A stretch of 63,970 nt of DNA, filler included, from Callorhinchus milii (lineage: Eukaryota): the NCBI RefSeq assembly GCF_018977255.1. It is 4 parts of 4 records of this genome, joined end to end, with 100 filler letters (N's around TTAATTAATTAA, not from the genome) between each part and the next. Parts side by side here need not be neighbours in the genome. Positions count along the whole stretch, not along the records: positions 1 to 17,590 come from NW_024706006.1; positions 17,691 to 23,737 come from NW_024704805.1; 2 more parts are not named here. One strand, given 5' to 3'. Positions within the stretch are counted from its first letter, which is position 1, and every line of letters begins with the position of its first letter. The notes under the pieces were generated by a model that was not told the origin of the DNA, did not search any database, and was given only the letters and a program-made list of their open reading frames with translations. Positions 12,206 through 23,287 of the stretch are shown piece after piece. A program made the translations under genes and the position numbers.

Positions 12206-15200
12206 GACTGTACACCATCACAGCTGCTTCCTGACAATTGTGCTCTGAGTTTCGTTCCACCTGAAGGCCGCCTGACTCCTCCTGTGCGAAGCGTCTTTCC
12301 TGAGTGCGCTCAGCAAAAATACTTCACACGTAAAAAGCAATAACTTCTGCAGGATTTTGCTGATAAATTGTGCTTGAAAGTTATCTGTTCTAAAACATCT
12401 ACAAACAAACATTTACTTTAAACTCGCAGTCTTGAATTGCAAGTGACACAATGAAGCTCAAACCAACATAGCAATATAACGAGACTGAGAACTTGACTGC
12501 ATTTGTATTAGATGCTAATTTTATTCATATTATATGTAGGAATACGGCAGAAAATTCAGATGTGTTGACACCGGCTTAACACTCCAGGGAATGAAAGTCC
12601 ACATCACAAGCTTAGTGAAAGAGGATACACTATTATACTCAGGATAATGAGCCAGTATATCCCTGTTACATTATACCCTGTGATATAAGTATATTACATG
12701 TATATACTATATACTGTTAACACAGATCATTTTCAGATGCACTGACACTTTGATGTTCACAATGAGACTGTCGGTAAACACACATTCTTTGGAATGAACA
12801 GCTTTGGGAGGTCACATACACAGTCAATTTTGGACGATGGGAAAAGGGAATAAATGATAATCTGTAAGTCAGGACATGAAGTTACATGGAGGCAAAGCGG
12901 AGAAATGCAGTCAGAATTACCACAAAAGCCAGTGCAGGTCCAGCGGCCTTGGCGATTCCACAGATACAATAGGAAACATTAACAACTACTGAGCGGAAAA
13001 CACTATCAATAAAAAGAAACGCATCAATGCAAAAAAAAAATTCAATGAGCTTTTTCGAATGCACTAAATTGTTATTCTTTTCAAATGATTATTATATTTG
13101 GCCGATTCCAAATTTTGTCAAATGTTACTCTTTCTTCTCCGACAAACCACCGAGGCACTGAGACCGCCAGGATTGTACTCACAGTTAGCAAATACAAATG
13201 TCATTAAAATAAGTGTCTTGAATAAAAATCATAAATAAAAATGATAAAAAATAACGCAATTGCCTGCCGTTTTTTGCCCACAATATTTACTGTACACTTT
13301 TTCAGTATATTCTGTGTTGCCTTTTGAGACGCTTCAAAGATGCAATAAGGTGCTGTATCAAATCCAAAGATTATTATATAACTTTAAATTATATTATACT
13401 TCACGTTCCTTCAATGCAGGAAGATTTTGTCAATCAGTCGCTCGTGGAATCCTTTTCTGCTACATTGTTTGTGAGCCGTTACAGTGATATATGTTCTATA
13501 TATATATATCTGTCGAGTGAGAATGTGTGTTGTGCTTTGATAAGTTTGCTGTAAGATAGAAGTTGCTGTCTATCCAGTCAGTTCGTCCAAATTCAGTGCA
13601 TTATTATTTTCATTTGAAGGGATTATTATCCCAGTAAAAGGAAGAGGCCAATTCACTTTCAAAAGAGATCCGACTTACTGTTCGGTAAAGAAGATCAAGA
13701 GCGTTAAAAATCTTGCCGAATATTTTGCTCTGCTCGGGAATCCAACCTTGTTCCTCTCGTTTGTGAGGCAAGTGCTCCAACCACTGAGCTTCAGGAATCC
13801 AGAGTCTTTGCGCTTTGATCAGTTCTAAAGCTGGGACTTCTGTGCTGATCAGAGATTGCCTGTGTGAGGGAACACTGGACCAGAGAGAATTGCAAACCAA
13901 ATTAGCGCAATTTCCTCGATCAGCAAAGAGGCCGAGACCGTCACATTACTCCCAGACAAGGTGGTGGGTTCATGTTGGGATCTGAAATCACAGCGATGAC
14001 GGTTTCTCTCTGTAATCAAACCGAGTCCTCTCTCCAGAGTTAAGTGGACTTTAAATAATCTGTGACACCACTTGTAAAAGGAATTTTTTTTCAATTTACT
14101 GGGTAACAATCCATGAGGTGATTGGAACATCATCACAAGACACAGTGTGTGATCAGAATCCCTATTACAATCTGCTCGCAGTCACTGTCAGCTGCCAGGA
14201 TTCACAAGTTAATAATCCAATAATAATAATTGAAGCAATAGCATATCATGACGTCGAGACATCTCAAATTGCTTGGCGGAAAACACTGTGACTTTAATTG
14301 ACTGTGTATTTTGTTCCCGAAACGTAGCAGCCAAGTGCACTTTGTAATGGCCAACAAACAATTATGAGTTCACTGACCAATTTTTTCATATTTTTTTGAG
14401 AGATTAACAACCCAAGAATAGTGAATTGCTCATCAAAGCAGAACCGGGTTCCTACTTTCTTTGTTAAACAGGTTTGTGGATTAAAGATACTTGAGCAGGA
14501 GAAGTTCACCACTGATATCACTTCTAATTGATACTTCACATCACATTTTTCGTGTCAGTTTTCTACTCCAATTTCTTCTTCCTTTGTGCCGAAGAAGTGT
14601 GACTGTCCCTGCATTTCACTGCGCTCCGATTCCACCAGCAGCTATCATCATTCGGCTTCGCAATCAAGTGATGGTTTCAGGACTGGTTTGAACGCATGAG
14701 TCAAGGCATAACATAATTCACACTTCATTACATTATTTCATCACCAATCGATGTTTTGATTTCAGTAAGTATAGGGAAAAAAGAAATTAAGGAATACTAT
14801 TCGAAGTGTGAATAAAGCTGAATTTGCACAAGTTGTCCATGAGACTAAAGATAAATATTGTTTGGAGAAACCAAAAGATGCCTCTTCTCAAGCAGATTTG
14901 TAAAGGAGGCTTCTACTAAATTATTTCGCCCACAGATGAACGTCAATTCACTTTATAACAAATTCCCTAAAGCGCTTACAGACGTCTAGAAGAGGAGAAA
15001 AGCGCTACATCAAACGCAAGGATTATCATTATTATTATTGTAGGACAAAAGAGAGAAATAGTATGAGTAAGAAAAAATACAGTGGCATTTTTTAAGATCA
15101 TAGCCGATCTTTACCTCAAGTCAAAATAACCGCCGTTGCCACTGATCCCTTAATACAATCAACTATCAAATACTTTCCATCTCAATCTTAAAAAATATGA

Positions 15201-16034
15201 CCGGATCCAACGTCCACAGATATTTGAAAGAGCGATTTCCAGATCACCACGACTTGTTTTTGTTTTGCTTTTCACTCCTAAATGAATTTGCTGATATTTC
15301 AGATTATGCCTCTTGTTCTAGATCCCTCCAACAGATGATACAATATAAATGTTCGGCCATGAAGGCACATTCACTTCACTGTGCAATATATTCTTTAAAA
15401 CACTTTGCTCCCTTTTAATTACCGAAGAAGGCACTGTATGATTCGCAAGAATTATAATAATACTTCATGAATAATGATCATATTTGTTACAATAAGAACA
15501 TATTACACATAATGCACCTGTGATATTCCAAATAAAATACTAAGTTCCCTGATATTATTTCCGAAAAGTAATACCTAATTTGCTTTTAAAATAATGAATA
15601 ATTTCTTCTTAAACCATCATCTCAGGGAGCCTGTTCCAAAGACTTATTACTAACTCTCTGAAATAGTGTTTCCGCAGATATGGTTTGAATTGACCCCAAA
15701 ACAAACACTCTGACAAATACATGGAATGAAGCAATTGACGGTAATTCATAGTCAGCGCTATTTATAATACGATTGAGACATATATTAACATTAATTTGCT
15801 GTAAATGCAGAATATACAGTTAATATTATTGATTATTGATTATTGATCAGTGCAGGTCCGAAGGAATGTGACACGTGACTCCACTCAGTCCTGGAGCTAT
15901 TGGTCGATTCTCAAACCCCTGCTCCAGTGGCCCGTGTTAAATAGTGGTCACTGGGGACTGAGGCCATCTGTCCGGCTGCTCTCTGGCCCTCGGTTATTCG
16001 GCACAAGTTTCAGTTCTGAAAAGTGCCCAGAAAC

Positions 16035-16504
16035 ATGAGGTCCCTGATTTCTCTCAGTCTGCTGCTGGCGGTCTTCTCCTGTAAGTGCTTTTATTCTGAC
16101 TGATCTCTGTTCCTCTGTCGGTGTTATTCTCTCTGCAGTGTCAGAGAGGCAGGAGATTTCACCATCATTCACCTTCGGTCCTTTATTCCTTACAGGTGTC
16201 CAGGCCGCTGTGGTGATGACACAGCCGCCGACTCTCACCGGGAAAACCGGCCAGGCCCTGAGACTGACCTGCAGAAGCAGCGGATTTAGCAGCTACTATT
16301 ACTACTGTATGTTCTGGTACCGGCAGCTTCCCGGGAAGCAGCGGGAGAAGCTCCTCACTTCTGACACCTACTCCAGCAACAGTTTCGAGTCCGGTTTTGG
16401 AAACCGCGTCACTGTCGTCAGAGAGAATTCCAATCGCATCTTCGATCTGATCATCAAAAGCCCGAGAGTGGAGGACACCGCGACCTACTACTGTGCAGCG
16501 GACT
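16035..16504 (+). CDS. IgH-like V gene segment with leader (TAILV-type / IgHV-in-TCR-delta candidate), apparently functional
   Basis: Leader 16035-16080 MRSLISLSLLLAVFS, donor GTAAGT. V exon 16196-16504: CVQA-AVVMTQPPTLTGKTGQALRLTC..WYRQ..EDTATYYCAAD. 23-RSS CACAGTG(16505)-23-ACAAATACT(16535-16543). Confidence 0.85.
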
Positions 16505-16984
16505 CACAGTGCGAGGGAACTGGGCTGAACTCCTACAAATACTCAAGGGGAGGAAAGCAGCCCCTCCCAATCTAAACTGACTGACGGACATCCATGCGGT
16601 CAATGCTGTATCTGTAGCCAAGTTTAAACGAAAAGCTGAAGATGGATTTATTCTCAGACTGACCCCACACAGTGAATCGTGGTTGGATTGGGGTGAACGA
16701 ACTACGTATTTGTGCTACAATATTCTGTGATTTCAGATGGTCAGTGACACTGTGCTGTTGAGGCGGGAAGGATTGCGATTGGAGACTGACTATGTTACGG
16801 TTCACAAACATCATTTTGTTACAAGGTGTTGGAAATAATTGCTTTCTGTTTCTGTGGATATCAAAATACTACTCTGTATCCTCTGTGTCATGTCAGAGGA
16901 GAATAGTCCCTTCAAGTGAATTTTGGCTGTCAGTGTGGAGCAGACATTGAGGGATCAGTATTTGTATGGGACTGTATCACTGTG

Positions 16985-16996
16985 TGTTCAGTGGGT
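16985..16996 (+). other. D segment (TGTTCAGTGGGT), RSS 12/22
   Basis: AGTATTTGT-12-CACTGTG / CACAATG-22-ACAAAAACC (16957-17034). Confidence 0.9.
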
Positions 16997-17375
16997 CACA
17001 ATGCTGAATACAGTTACCTCCTCATACAAAAACCCCAGAGAGAAAAAATGATAATCCCTGTCATCACTACAATATCCACAGCTCCCATATTAGTGTTACT
17101 GAACGTGGGTCATTCTCGGAAATAACCTGGTGTTTAACAAATTAATTAAGGTTAATTTATATTACAGGACGATATTAAACAAGAATGAGTTCTGCTGAGC
17201 TGCTTTAACAAGAATCCAAATTCTCTGATGAACATACGAATTTATTTTGACTTAAACATCACACGGGGCCTCACGAGAGAATATGAACTGAGATCCAGTT
17301 CTTATCTCAAATTCCAAGTCAATGTTTGTTAGTCAGTCTTGTGCAGGAGTTTTTGTCATGTTGTGTATCACTGTG

Positions 17376-17388
17376 TATATACCTGGAC
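17376..17388 (+). other. D segment (TATATACCTGGAC), RSS 12/12
   Basis: AGTTTTTGT-12-CACTGTG / CACAGCA-12-ACAAAAACC (17348-17416). Confidence 0.88.
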
Positions 17389-17590
17389 CACAGCATTAAC
17401 TGCCAATACAAAAACCCTTCAACAACAAACCAGCTAATCTCTGTCACTACTCGCTTGTGTGGCACCCACTGAAATTGCGGGGATTTGGTATTTCTAACAT
17501 GTTGCTGAACCCCGAGGATTTCACGAGATTTTAAACGACATAGAACATCGGACTTAATCTTCCACCTGTTGGTGAGAAGAAACGTGGTTT

Positions 17591-17690
17591 NNNNNNNNNN
17601 NNNNNNNNNNNNNNNNNNNNNNNNNNNNNNNNNNTTAATTAATTAANNNNNNNNNNNNNNNNNNNNNNNNNNNNNNNNNNNNNNNNNNNN
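17591..17690. other. Artificial contig linker (N44-TTAATTAATTAA-N44); identical linkers at 23738-23837 and 44311-44410
   Basis: Exactly 100 nt with a six-frame stop cassette; order and orientation across it are not demonstrated. Confidence 0.9.
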
Positions 17691-17957
17691 TGGATGGGAC
17701 GTCTCAGTTCGCTTCAAATAATAGTTTGTGCACTGAATTTTGTGGTCGAAACGCGGCAGTCAATTATTTAGCTTTAATTTCATTATATATTATAATCATG
17801 TGTATTAATTAATATTATAATTATACTACATATTCCTGATTATATTATATCAACTGATATCAAGGCAGATCTAGCCAAAACTTGTAATGGAATTCTAATA
17901 GAATTGTTCAATGTTGAAAATCTGTTAAACTGATGTAATATTGGGTATAATTTTCAG

Positions 17958-18237
17958 ATGTTTTCAGCGCCTCAGTAACGCAGACACCATCCTCCATTAT
18001 GAGAGAAGAATGCGACGCTTTAACCATCAACTGTGTCTTCTCACCAAGTTGTCGAGACGAATTCACAAGTATGGAGTTCTTTCGGCAATTCCCAATTGGA
18101 ACAGATTGGAAGCCCATCCCTCGTGAAGGGAGGTTTGCTGTAAAGACAGACACGGAATCGAAGTCGTCTTCTCTGGAAATTAATGACTTGCAAGTTGAAG
18201 ACAGCGCTGACTACAAATGTACAGCTCGAATTTGGAC
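17958..18237 (+). CDS. NAR-TCR V segment (cassette 1); leader missing at the contig edge
   Basis: DVFSASVTQTPSSIMREECDALTINCVFSPSCRDEFTSMEFFRQFPIGTDWKPIPREGRFAVKTDTESKSSSLEINDLQVEDSADYKCTARIW: IgNAR-like short C'-C'' region, FR1 Cys. RSS CACAATG-22-ACAAAAAGC (18238-18275). Confidence 0.92.
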
Positions 18238-18617
18238 CACAATGCCGTATCTGGGCTTCCAACAATACAAAAAGCCCCTTCACCAACTCGCATGTAAAAC
18301 ACAGATATTGTGAACTTGTCAATGAGTTCAATGCACGTTCCCCATTAGGATGTGATGTACAATGCTGTTTAATAGCACTGCCTTTGAGACACGACCAATG
18401 GTTATGAAAACTTAGGAAAAGTGAACGAGTTTGAATCTGATGTTAGAACTTTGCTCGTATTCGTGTACATAACAGCTTATTGCAAGAGACAGATTGTAAA
18501 GAATAATATTCAAAAGAATGTTCCACATTACATCATTGATTGGCCATGTGTAAATGGCAGAAAATATTCCAATTGATTTTCCATCCATTGATTTTTGTAT
18601 TGACATTAAATACTGTG

Positions 18618-18633
18618 TTCGCTGTAGGATGGT
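18618..18633 (+). other. NAR-TCR D segment (TTCGCTGTAGGATGGT), RSS 12/12
   Basis: GATTTTTGT-12-TACTGTG / CACATTG-12-ACAAATACT (18590-18661). Confidence 0.9.
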
Positions 18634-19015
18634 CACATTGGACAACATCAGCACAAATACTGCACAGTTATTTTTGTGAAAATATATGAGACTTAATCAC
18701 TGAAAACTGTGTCCTATTTAATGATGCTGAAGGTGACCAAAGTTTGCTTTCAAAATTAATTATTTGAAGCAGACATTTTCTGGAATTATTTGTAAAGATT
18801 TATTCAATGAGACGTGCACTCTATCTGTGTTTGGTAGCAATAGTATTGAAGATAAACATGATTTATACAAATGAAAGCTATGAAGATGGGACAGTTTTGG
18901 AAAGATAGGAATCAATGACCATGTTGTCAGCATTTGTTTGTTTTCGTGCCAGTATTAAACCAAGATCTCATAGAACAGTTTTTGCACCTCGTAGAACGAG
19001 ATCTGTGGGACTGTG

Positions 19016-19074
19016 GTATGGACACACAGAATACACAGAAGATGGAACTGGAACCAAAGTAACTGTAACGAAAT
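19016..19074 (+). CDS. NAR-TCR J segment (YGHTEYTEDGTGTKVTVTK)
   Basis: 5' RSS AGTTTTTGC-23-GACTGTG (18977-19015); phase-1 donor GTTAGT at 19075. Confidence 0.88.
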
Positions 19075-20198
19075 GTTAGTGAGAAAAAAATTCTATCGAA
19101 TTGCAATTACATTTTATTCACAATAATATGTAAAATGCATTTTTCGAACTCATTGCTTCCAATTGTATGCCACTGTGCCATTTTAGCAATACACTTGAGC
19201 AATCTTAAAAAAAATGTTTATAATGTGGAAAACATTATGCAGCTTCCAGTGTGAAGCTTGCTTCTGAAATAACCTGCTTTTATTTCCGTGTTACGTAAAG
19301 TCACCGACTTTGCCTGGACATCGTTTCCAGCTGAATATGCCCAGAGGACGTATTTCAATTTAATGGATGTAACCAATTCACGTAGCCTCTGCCAGATCGA
19401 AATACTGTCCAGAATCCCCTCTATCCACCCGAGCGGAGTAAAAAGGCGAAATCCTCGGAACTGAATTGGCTCCAAGGTTACATGATTTGGAAGAGCAGTA
19501 CACTAACTGGGGAAATAGTCTCTTACCACTCCGCTCCCATTAACCCTGCAAGGAAAAGTGGCAATGTTTTGTACGTTTTTCCAAGCTGGACTAGCAGTGG
19601 CATAGTTCGCAAGAGATTATTTTCAACGACAAGCTTTGCAGCATGTTTCCAATGGGGGTGAATAGTGTAAATTCTAGGGGCATATTGTTAGAAAGGCACA
19701 GGAACCTTATTTTAGTTTCGGTACTGTTAAGCTTCGTGATGGCTTCTGGCCTATTTCGCATACCGTGTTGAGCAGAATGAAATCATTGAATCATTGAATA
19801 TTAGAGCACAAAATGCGGTGATTTAGACAATTTGGAAGAGCAGAACAATCACTGCCTATCCCCATAGCCTTGCCCATTAAAATACAACTTTATCCTTTGT
19901 TACCCAACATACAAAGAGAGGACTAAAGGCAGCAAGCGAATAGTAACCAGATTACAAATTGTGCCTCTTTAATATATTATCATTTCAAAAGTGCAGATTT
20001 AAATTGTAATGTTACCCTGGAGTTAACAACTATAAATGGCGTTTACGTAGTGCCTTTCTCACCTGGAGGGCGTCCCGAGGCTCTAACTATCACATTTACA
20101 ATGTGAAATATCAAACAAATTCAAGCCAATCTTGGGATTCAATTAGGTTTGGAGCAGAGAAAGTTAATGATTTTTAAAATGTTGTGTATATATTTCAG

Positions 20199-20549
20199 AT
20201 GGTGCCGGTGTCGCAGTAAAGCAGACACCAAACTCTCTTACGAGAAAAGAATGCGGATCCGTATCCATTCGTTGTGTCTTTGAAGCCGGATCTGGTGAGA
20301 CTTTCAAGAGTATGGAATTTTTCAGACAGATTGGAAAAGGGACACAGTTGTTGTCGATCCCAGTAGATGGTCGATTTGTTGTAAAAGCAGATAAGGGTTC
20401 GGCTTCATTTTCTCTAGAAATCAATGACTTGGAATTTCAAGACGGTGCTACCTATTACTGCAGAGCTCGATATGACGCAAATCGCTGCGCTGTGGGAAAA
20501 AGAGAGAAAACTAAAGATGGAACAGGAACCGCAGTTACTGTAACAAAAA
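20199..20549 (+). CDS. Germline-joined NAR-TCR VDJ exon, leaderless
   Basis: 351-nt open exon between TTTCAG and GTAAGT: GAGVAVKQTPNSLTRKECGSVSIRCVFEAGSGETFKSMEFFRQ..EFQDGATYYCRARYDANRCAVGKREKTKDGTGTAVTVTK. V runs straight into CDR3 and J with no RSS. Confidence 0.92.
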
Positions 20550-22699
20550 GTAAGTGAGAACAATTAGAAAATATTATTTTTAAAAACTGATTCCGATGAA
20601 TTTGCTAATGCATTGTTCGGATTCATTGCCAGATCCAAGGTGACATGTTTGGCCACAGGATGTAGGAAATAATTCCGCTCAGTGCGACCGTCACTATTCC
20701 AGTTTCTGTGACAGACGTCTATAGTATTCCAGGTCACCGCTGATAACAGCGAAACCTGGCATCATTATACACAATCACGCAAATAAATAACTAATGATTC
20801 AATATGTTGAAATCTGGTAGACAGGGATACAATTTGCATTTGCTAATGTTACATTAAGTAATAATAAAAACTGTAACTTCGCAACAAGCAGTGCTTTGGA
20901 GGCTTAGGCTGTACAGTACAGTTTCCAGCACTGCATTCAGTGTTGAAAGGTTATGTGTGCAGTTGCCATATCGCGATATTCAACTATTCTAGTGTGAGCT
21001 AACACTCAAATACAAAGCTGTGCGTGGGGTGTATTGAGGTGTCCTTCATTCACCGTCAGTTCACATAAAATAATATAATCACGTAAAGAGCTTTGAGCCA
21101 TTTTTATGTCTTGAAAGATGTTAAACTTAACTTAGAACTGATTATTCCATTATCGCGAACAGATAAATGCATATTAGGTAAGCAGACTGGAAAACAGATG
21201 AACTATGAGATATCAAGGATTGTTACAAAGAAGATAAGAAAGAGGTACAAAGAATGAACAGACGTTGACACTGGAAAAATCAATGCAAGGATAAATAATA
21301 AAAGGAAATTAAAGGAGCAACATCAAGTTAAATTTTTCAGGGCCTTTAATAATAATGATCTTTGCGTTTGATGTGGAGCCTTATCACACAATCGAGACGT
21401 CTCCAAGCTTTTCACAGCATATCCTGCGAAGTGAATTGACTGTATTTTGTGGGCAAAAAGCGGGAGACAATTGCACACAGCAGTGTCCCACAAACACTGA
21501 TAGTTTTAGTGACCAATACAGTACTCTTATTCTTATTTGAAATAATTATATAAGACTCAATGCGCTGCACACCCGAGCTTGGAGGTTGCAATCCAGTGAG
21601 TTGGAGTGTAAGGTGATTCAGCCCCTTGAAAGAGACAAGGGAAGGCTTGAGGCTTAGGGATTATTAGACCGTGTGCCACAGTGTGGGGGCAAAAACCCTG
21701 AAGGCTCGGCATAAAATGATAGAGCAGGCACTGTGGCGACCACAGATGCAGTGGCCAACCGAGAGGAGTGAGACGGTTAGATTTATGTGGGGCTAAGGTG
21801 GGAGCAAGAAATCTAAGTAAACAAGTCGTAACGAAAGTGAAAGAAAGACAGAGAAACACAGATTGCACCATAATTCACACACAAGTGCATTGAGTCGACT
21901 CCTGAAAGAAAGAAATTCCATTGAAAAAACGACAGAAAGATAAACACATAAAAATGTTAGAAAGAAAGTGAGAGAGATAGAGAGGGACAGACAAAAAGCA
22001 CTTTGCTTCTGGCACAAATGGAACTGAATGAGCTGTTCTCGTACGGAGAGCTACTGATGTTGGCGAATAGCCAGAGACTTAACCTCCTCCAGCAGCGATT
22101 TTAAAGTAACGACATTTACAGAAGGGAAACTTTCCATTTGCCTCAACTGTAAACCCACTGAGTCAACGGTAAAAACTGACACCTGGTTCTCTGCTAAACA
22201 TTCCCATGATCACAGACACCCAAAGACTAAATGTGGACTTCACCAAAGCAAACGAGTATAAGTTTAGACAAACAAAGCCAAATTAAAATGGTCATTTTAT
22301 TGCATATCATGAACGTTGTCGCAGAAATAGCTATACAGCTTGTGTCTGGACTAAAGTGTCTGATTTTCAAGAGCTCGCTATTTTAGTGCATTAATCTTCT
22401 CTTTCTATCATTGTTATTAAAAGCATCCTTACATTTAGTATAAAGAAATTCCAGGCCTTGGACAGGAAAAAAAGGAAATTTACCAGAATGAATTTTTGTG
22501 AAGAGAGGATTCATGTGTATGAAGGCAAAAGTGCTTGAAAATATTCTCCTCAGAGCATCGAATATTTACTGCTGAACTTATGCCAGTGTTGAAACTTGTA
22601 AGAGTTATTTTATGGAGTAGATAATCCGAAACTGTTTCCTTACTTAAGTGGGTCAGTAGCCACGGAACACAAGTTGAAGATAATTCGTCAAAGCATCAG

Positions 22700-22960
22700 A
22701 GGGGAGAGGAGGAGAATTTAATTCAAATGATATTTGCTACTGACTGCAATGCACTGCCTGAAAGAATGTCGGAAACAGATTCGATAATAAATTTCGGAAG
22801 GGAATGGGATAGATGCATCAGAAGGAATGATACAGGGTTATGTGACAATAGCGGGGGAGTGGGATTCAATCGAATAGCTCATTTCAAAGAGCCGATACAG
22901 ACAAGAAGGGCCGAACGTCCTCCTTCTGTGCTGCAAATTTCCATAATTCCATGATTCTAA
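22700..22960 (+). mobile_element. CR1 LINE 3' end abutting the supporting-V acceptor
   Basis: Ends GGGCCGAACGTCCTCCTTCTGTGCTG..ATTCCATGATTCTA; homologous pieces precede the supporting Vs at about 28130-28400 and 39000-39300. Confidence 0.7.
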
Positions 22961-22985
22961 GTAACCTGCAATTTGCATTCCGCAG

Positions 22986-23287
22986 CATCAAGTTTTACAG
23001 TTTCTCAGTCACCGCCTGAACAAACTGCTGTTGCTGGTGAGAGGATAAATTTACATTGCCAATACTCAGGATTCTGTGGACAGAATTTCAGCGTCTCCTG
23101 GTACCGTCAGTCCCCTGGCGAGGAACTGAAATGCCTGTTCCGCAGAAAACCCTCAGGAGAGGAAGGAAACCCCACTGGAGATCATATTTCTGCTTCTCTT
23201 GACACTGCCAAGAAAATCAGCGTTTTAACCATCGCCGGCCTGCGGCTGACAGACTCCGCTATGTACCACTGTGCACTCAGTCTGCAC
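22986..23287 (+). CDS. NAR-TCR supporting V-delta (cassette 1), leaderless
   Basis: Acceptor CCGCAG; SSFTVSQSPPEQTAVAGERINLHCQYSGFCGQNFSVSWYRQ..DSAMYHCALSLH; CDR1 Cys; RSS CACAGTG-23-ACAATAACA (23288-23326). Confidence 0.92.

Noticed and set aside
12757-13064. Hydrophobic minus-strand ORFs suggesting a transmembrane exon
   Set aside because: No recognisable family or splice context
14140-14180. CACAGTG suggesting a V-end RSS
   Set aside because: No nonamer and no upstream YxC motif
16700-16870. Additional heptamer-like motifs (CACTGTG at 16748, CTCTGTG at about 16861) after the IgH-like V
   Set aside because: No nonamer at 12 or 23 spacing and no paired 3' RSS; at best D relics
17635-17646. 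TTAATTAATTAA palindromes
   Set aside because: Assembly linker, not genomic sequence
20028-20110. Possible leader for the joined exon (..TTTACAAT-GTGAAA resembles the leader end TTACAAT-GTAAGT)
   Set aside because: No in-frame ATG or hydrophobic core; the nearest ATG hits a stop after four codons
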